Source: Malacoraja senta
Lineage: Eukaryota
Reading direction: 5' to 3'
NCBI GenBank assembly: GCA_038087875.1
Contig: CM075995.1
Coordinates: forward strand, 6,326,001 to 6,390,000
DNA length: 64,000 nucleotides
Of the stretch, positions 63,815 to 64,000 are shown in pieces. Every line of letters begins with the position of its first letter. Positions within the stretch are counted from its first letter, which is position 1. The notes beneath the pieces are model-generated. The model saw only the letters and a program-made list of their open reading frames with translations, searched no databases and was not told the origin of the DNA. A program made the translations under genes and the position numbers.

Positions 63815-64000
63815 GTCCACGGCGTCACAGCGGTAGAGCTGCTGCCTTAGTGCCAGAGACCCGGGTTCGATCCTGACTACAGGTGCTATCTGTACGGAGT
63901 TTGTACGTTCCCCACGTGACCTGCAAGATCGTTTTCTCCAAGATCTTCGGTTTCCTCCCACACTGCAAAGATGTACAGGTTTGTACGTCATTTGGCTTGG
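63815..64000 (+). mobile_element. V-SINE (runs off window)
   Basis: ggttcgatcc B-box and V core. Confidence 0.85.

Overview
Repeat-dense vertebrate genomic DNA, most likely from a cartilaginous fish (skate/ray/shark; inferred from HE1-like V-SINEs and abundant CR1 LINEs), with one 200-N assembly gap (22914-23113). Only two host coding exons are recognisable, and they are divergently oriented. One is a 176-nt internal exon of an OSBPL10/OSBPL11-type PH domain (minus, 5550-5725). The other is the 45-nt first coding exon of a JARID2 (Jumonji)-like gene (plus, 44560-44604), with its GC-rich promoter, 5' UTR, an overlapping uORF and the first ~19 kb of intron 1. The rest is mostly nested mobile DNA: CR1, a near-intact L2, Rex1/Babar fragments, V-SINEs, Tc1- and hAT-like DNA elements, Helitrons, a BEL/Pao gag relic, a possible solo LTR, microsatellites, and many short Penelope-type elements carrying a minimal hammerhead-ribozyme motif. 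Best leads: the 15-codon uORF whose stop overlaps the JARID2-like start (AUGA), the diverged JARID2-like/OSBPL10-like head-to-head pair, and the hammerhead-bearing element family. All calls were made by eye; TE boundaries are approximate unless a TSD or TIR is quoted, and comparisons with human sequences are from memory.
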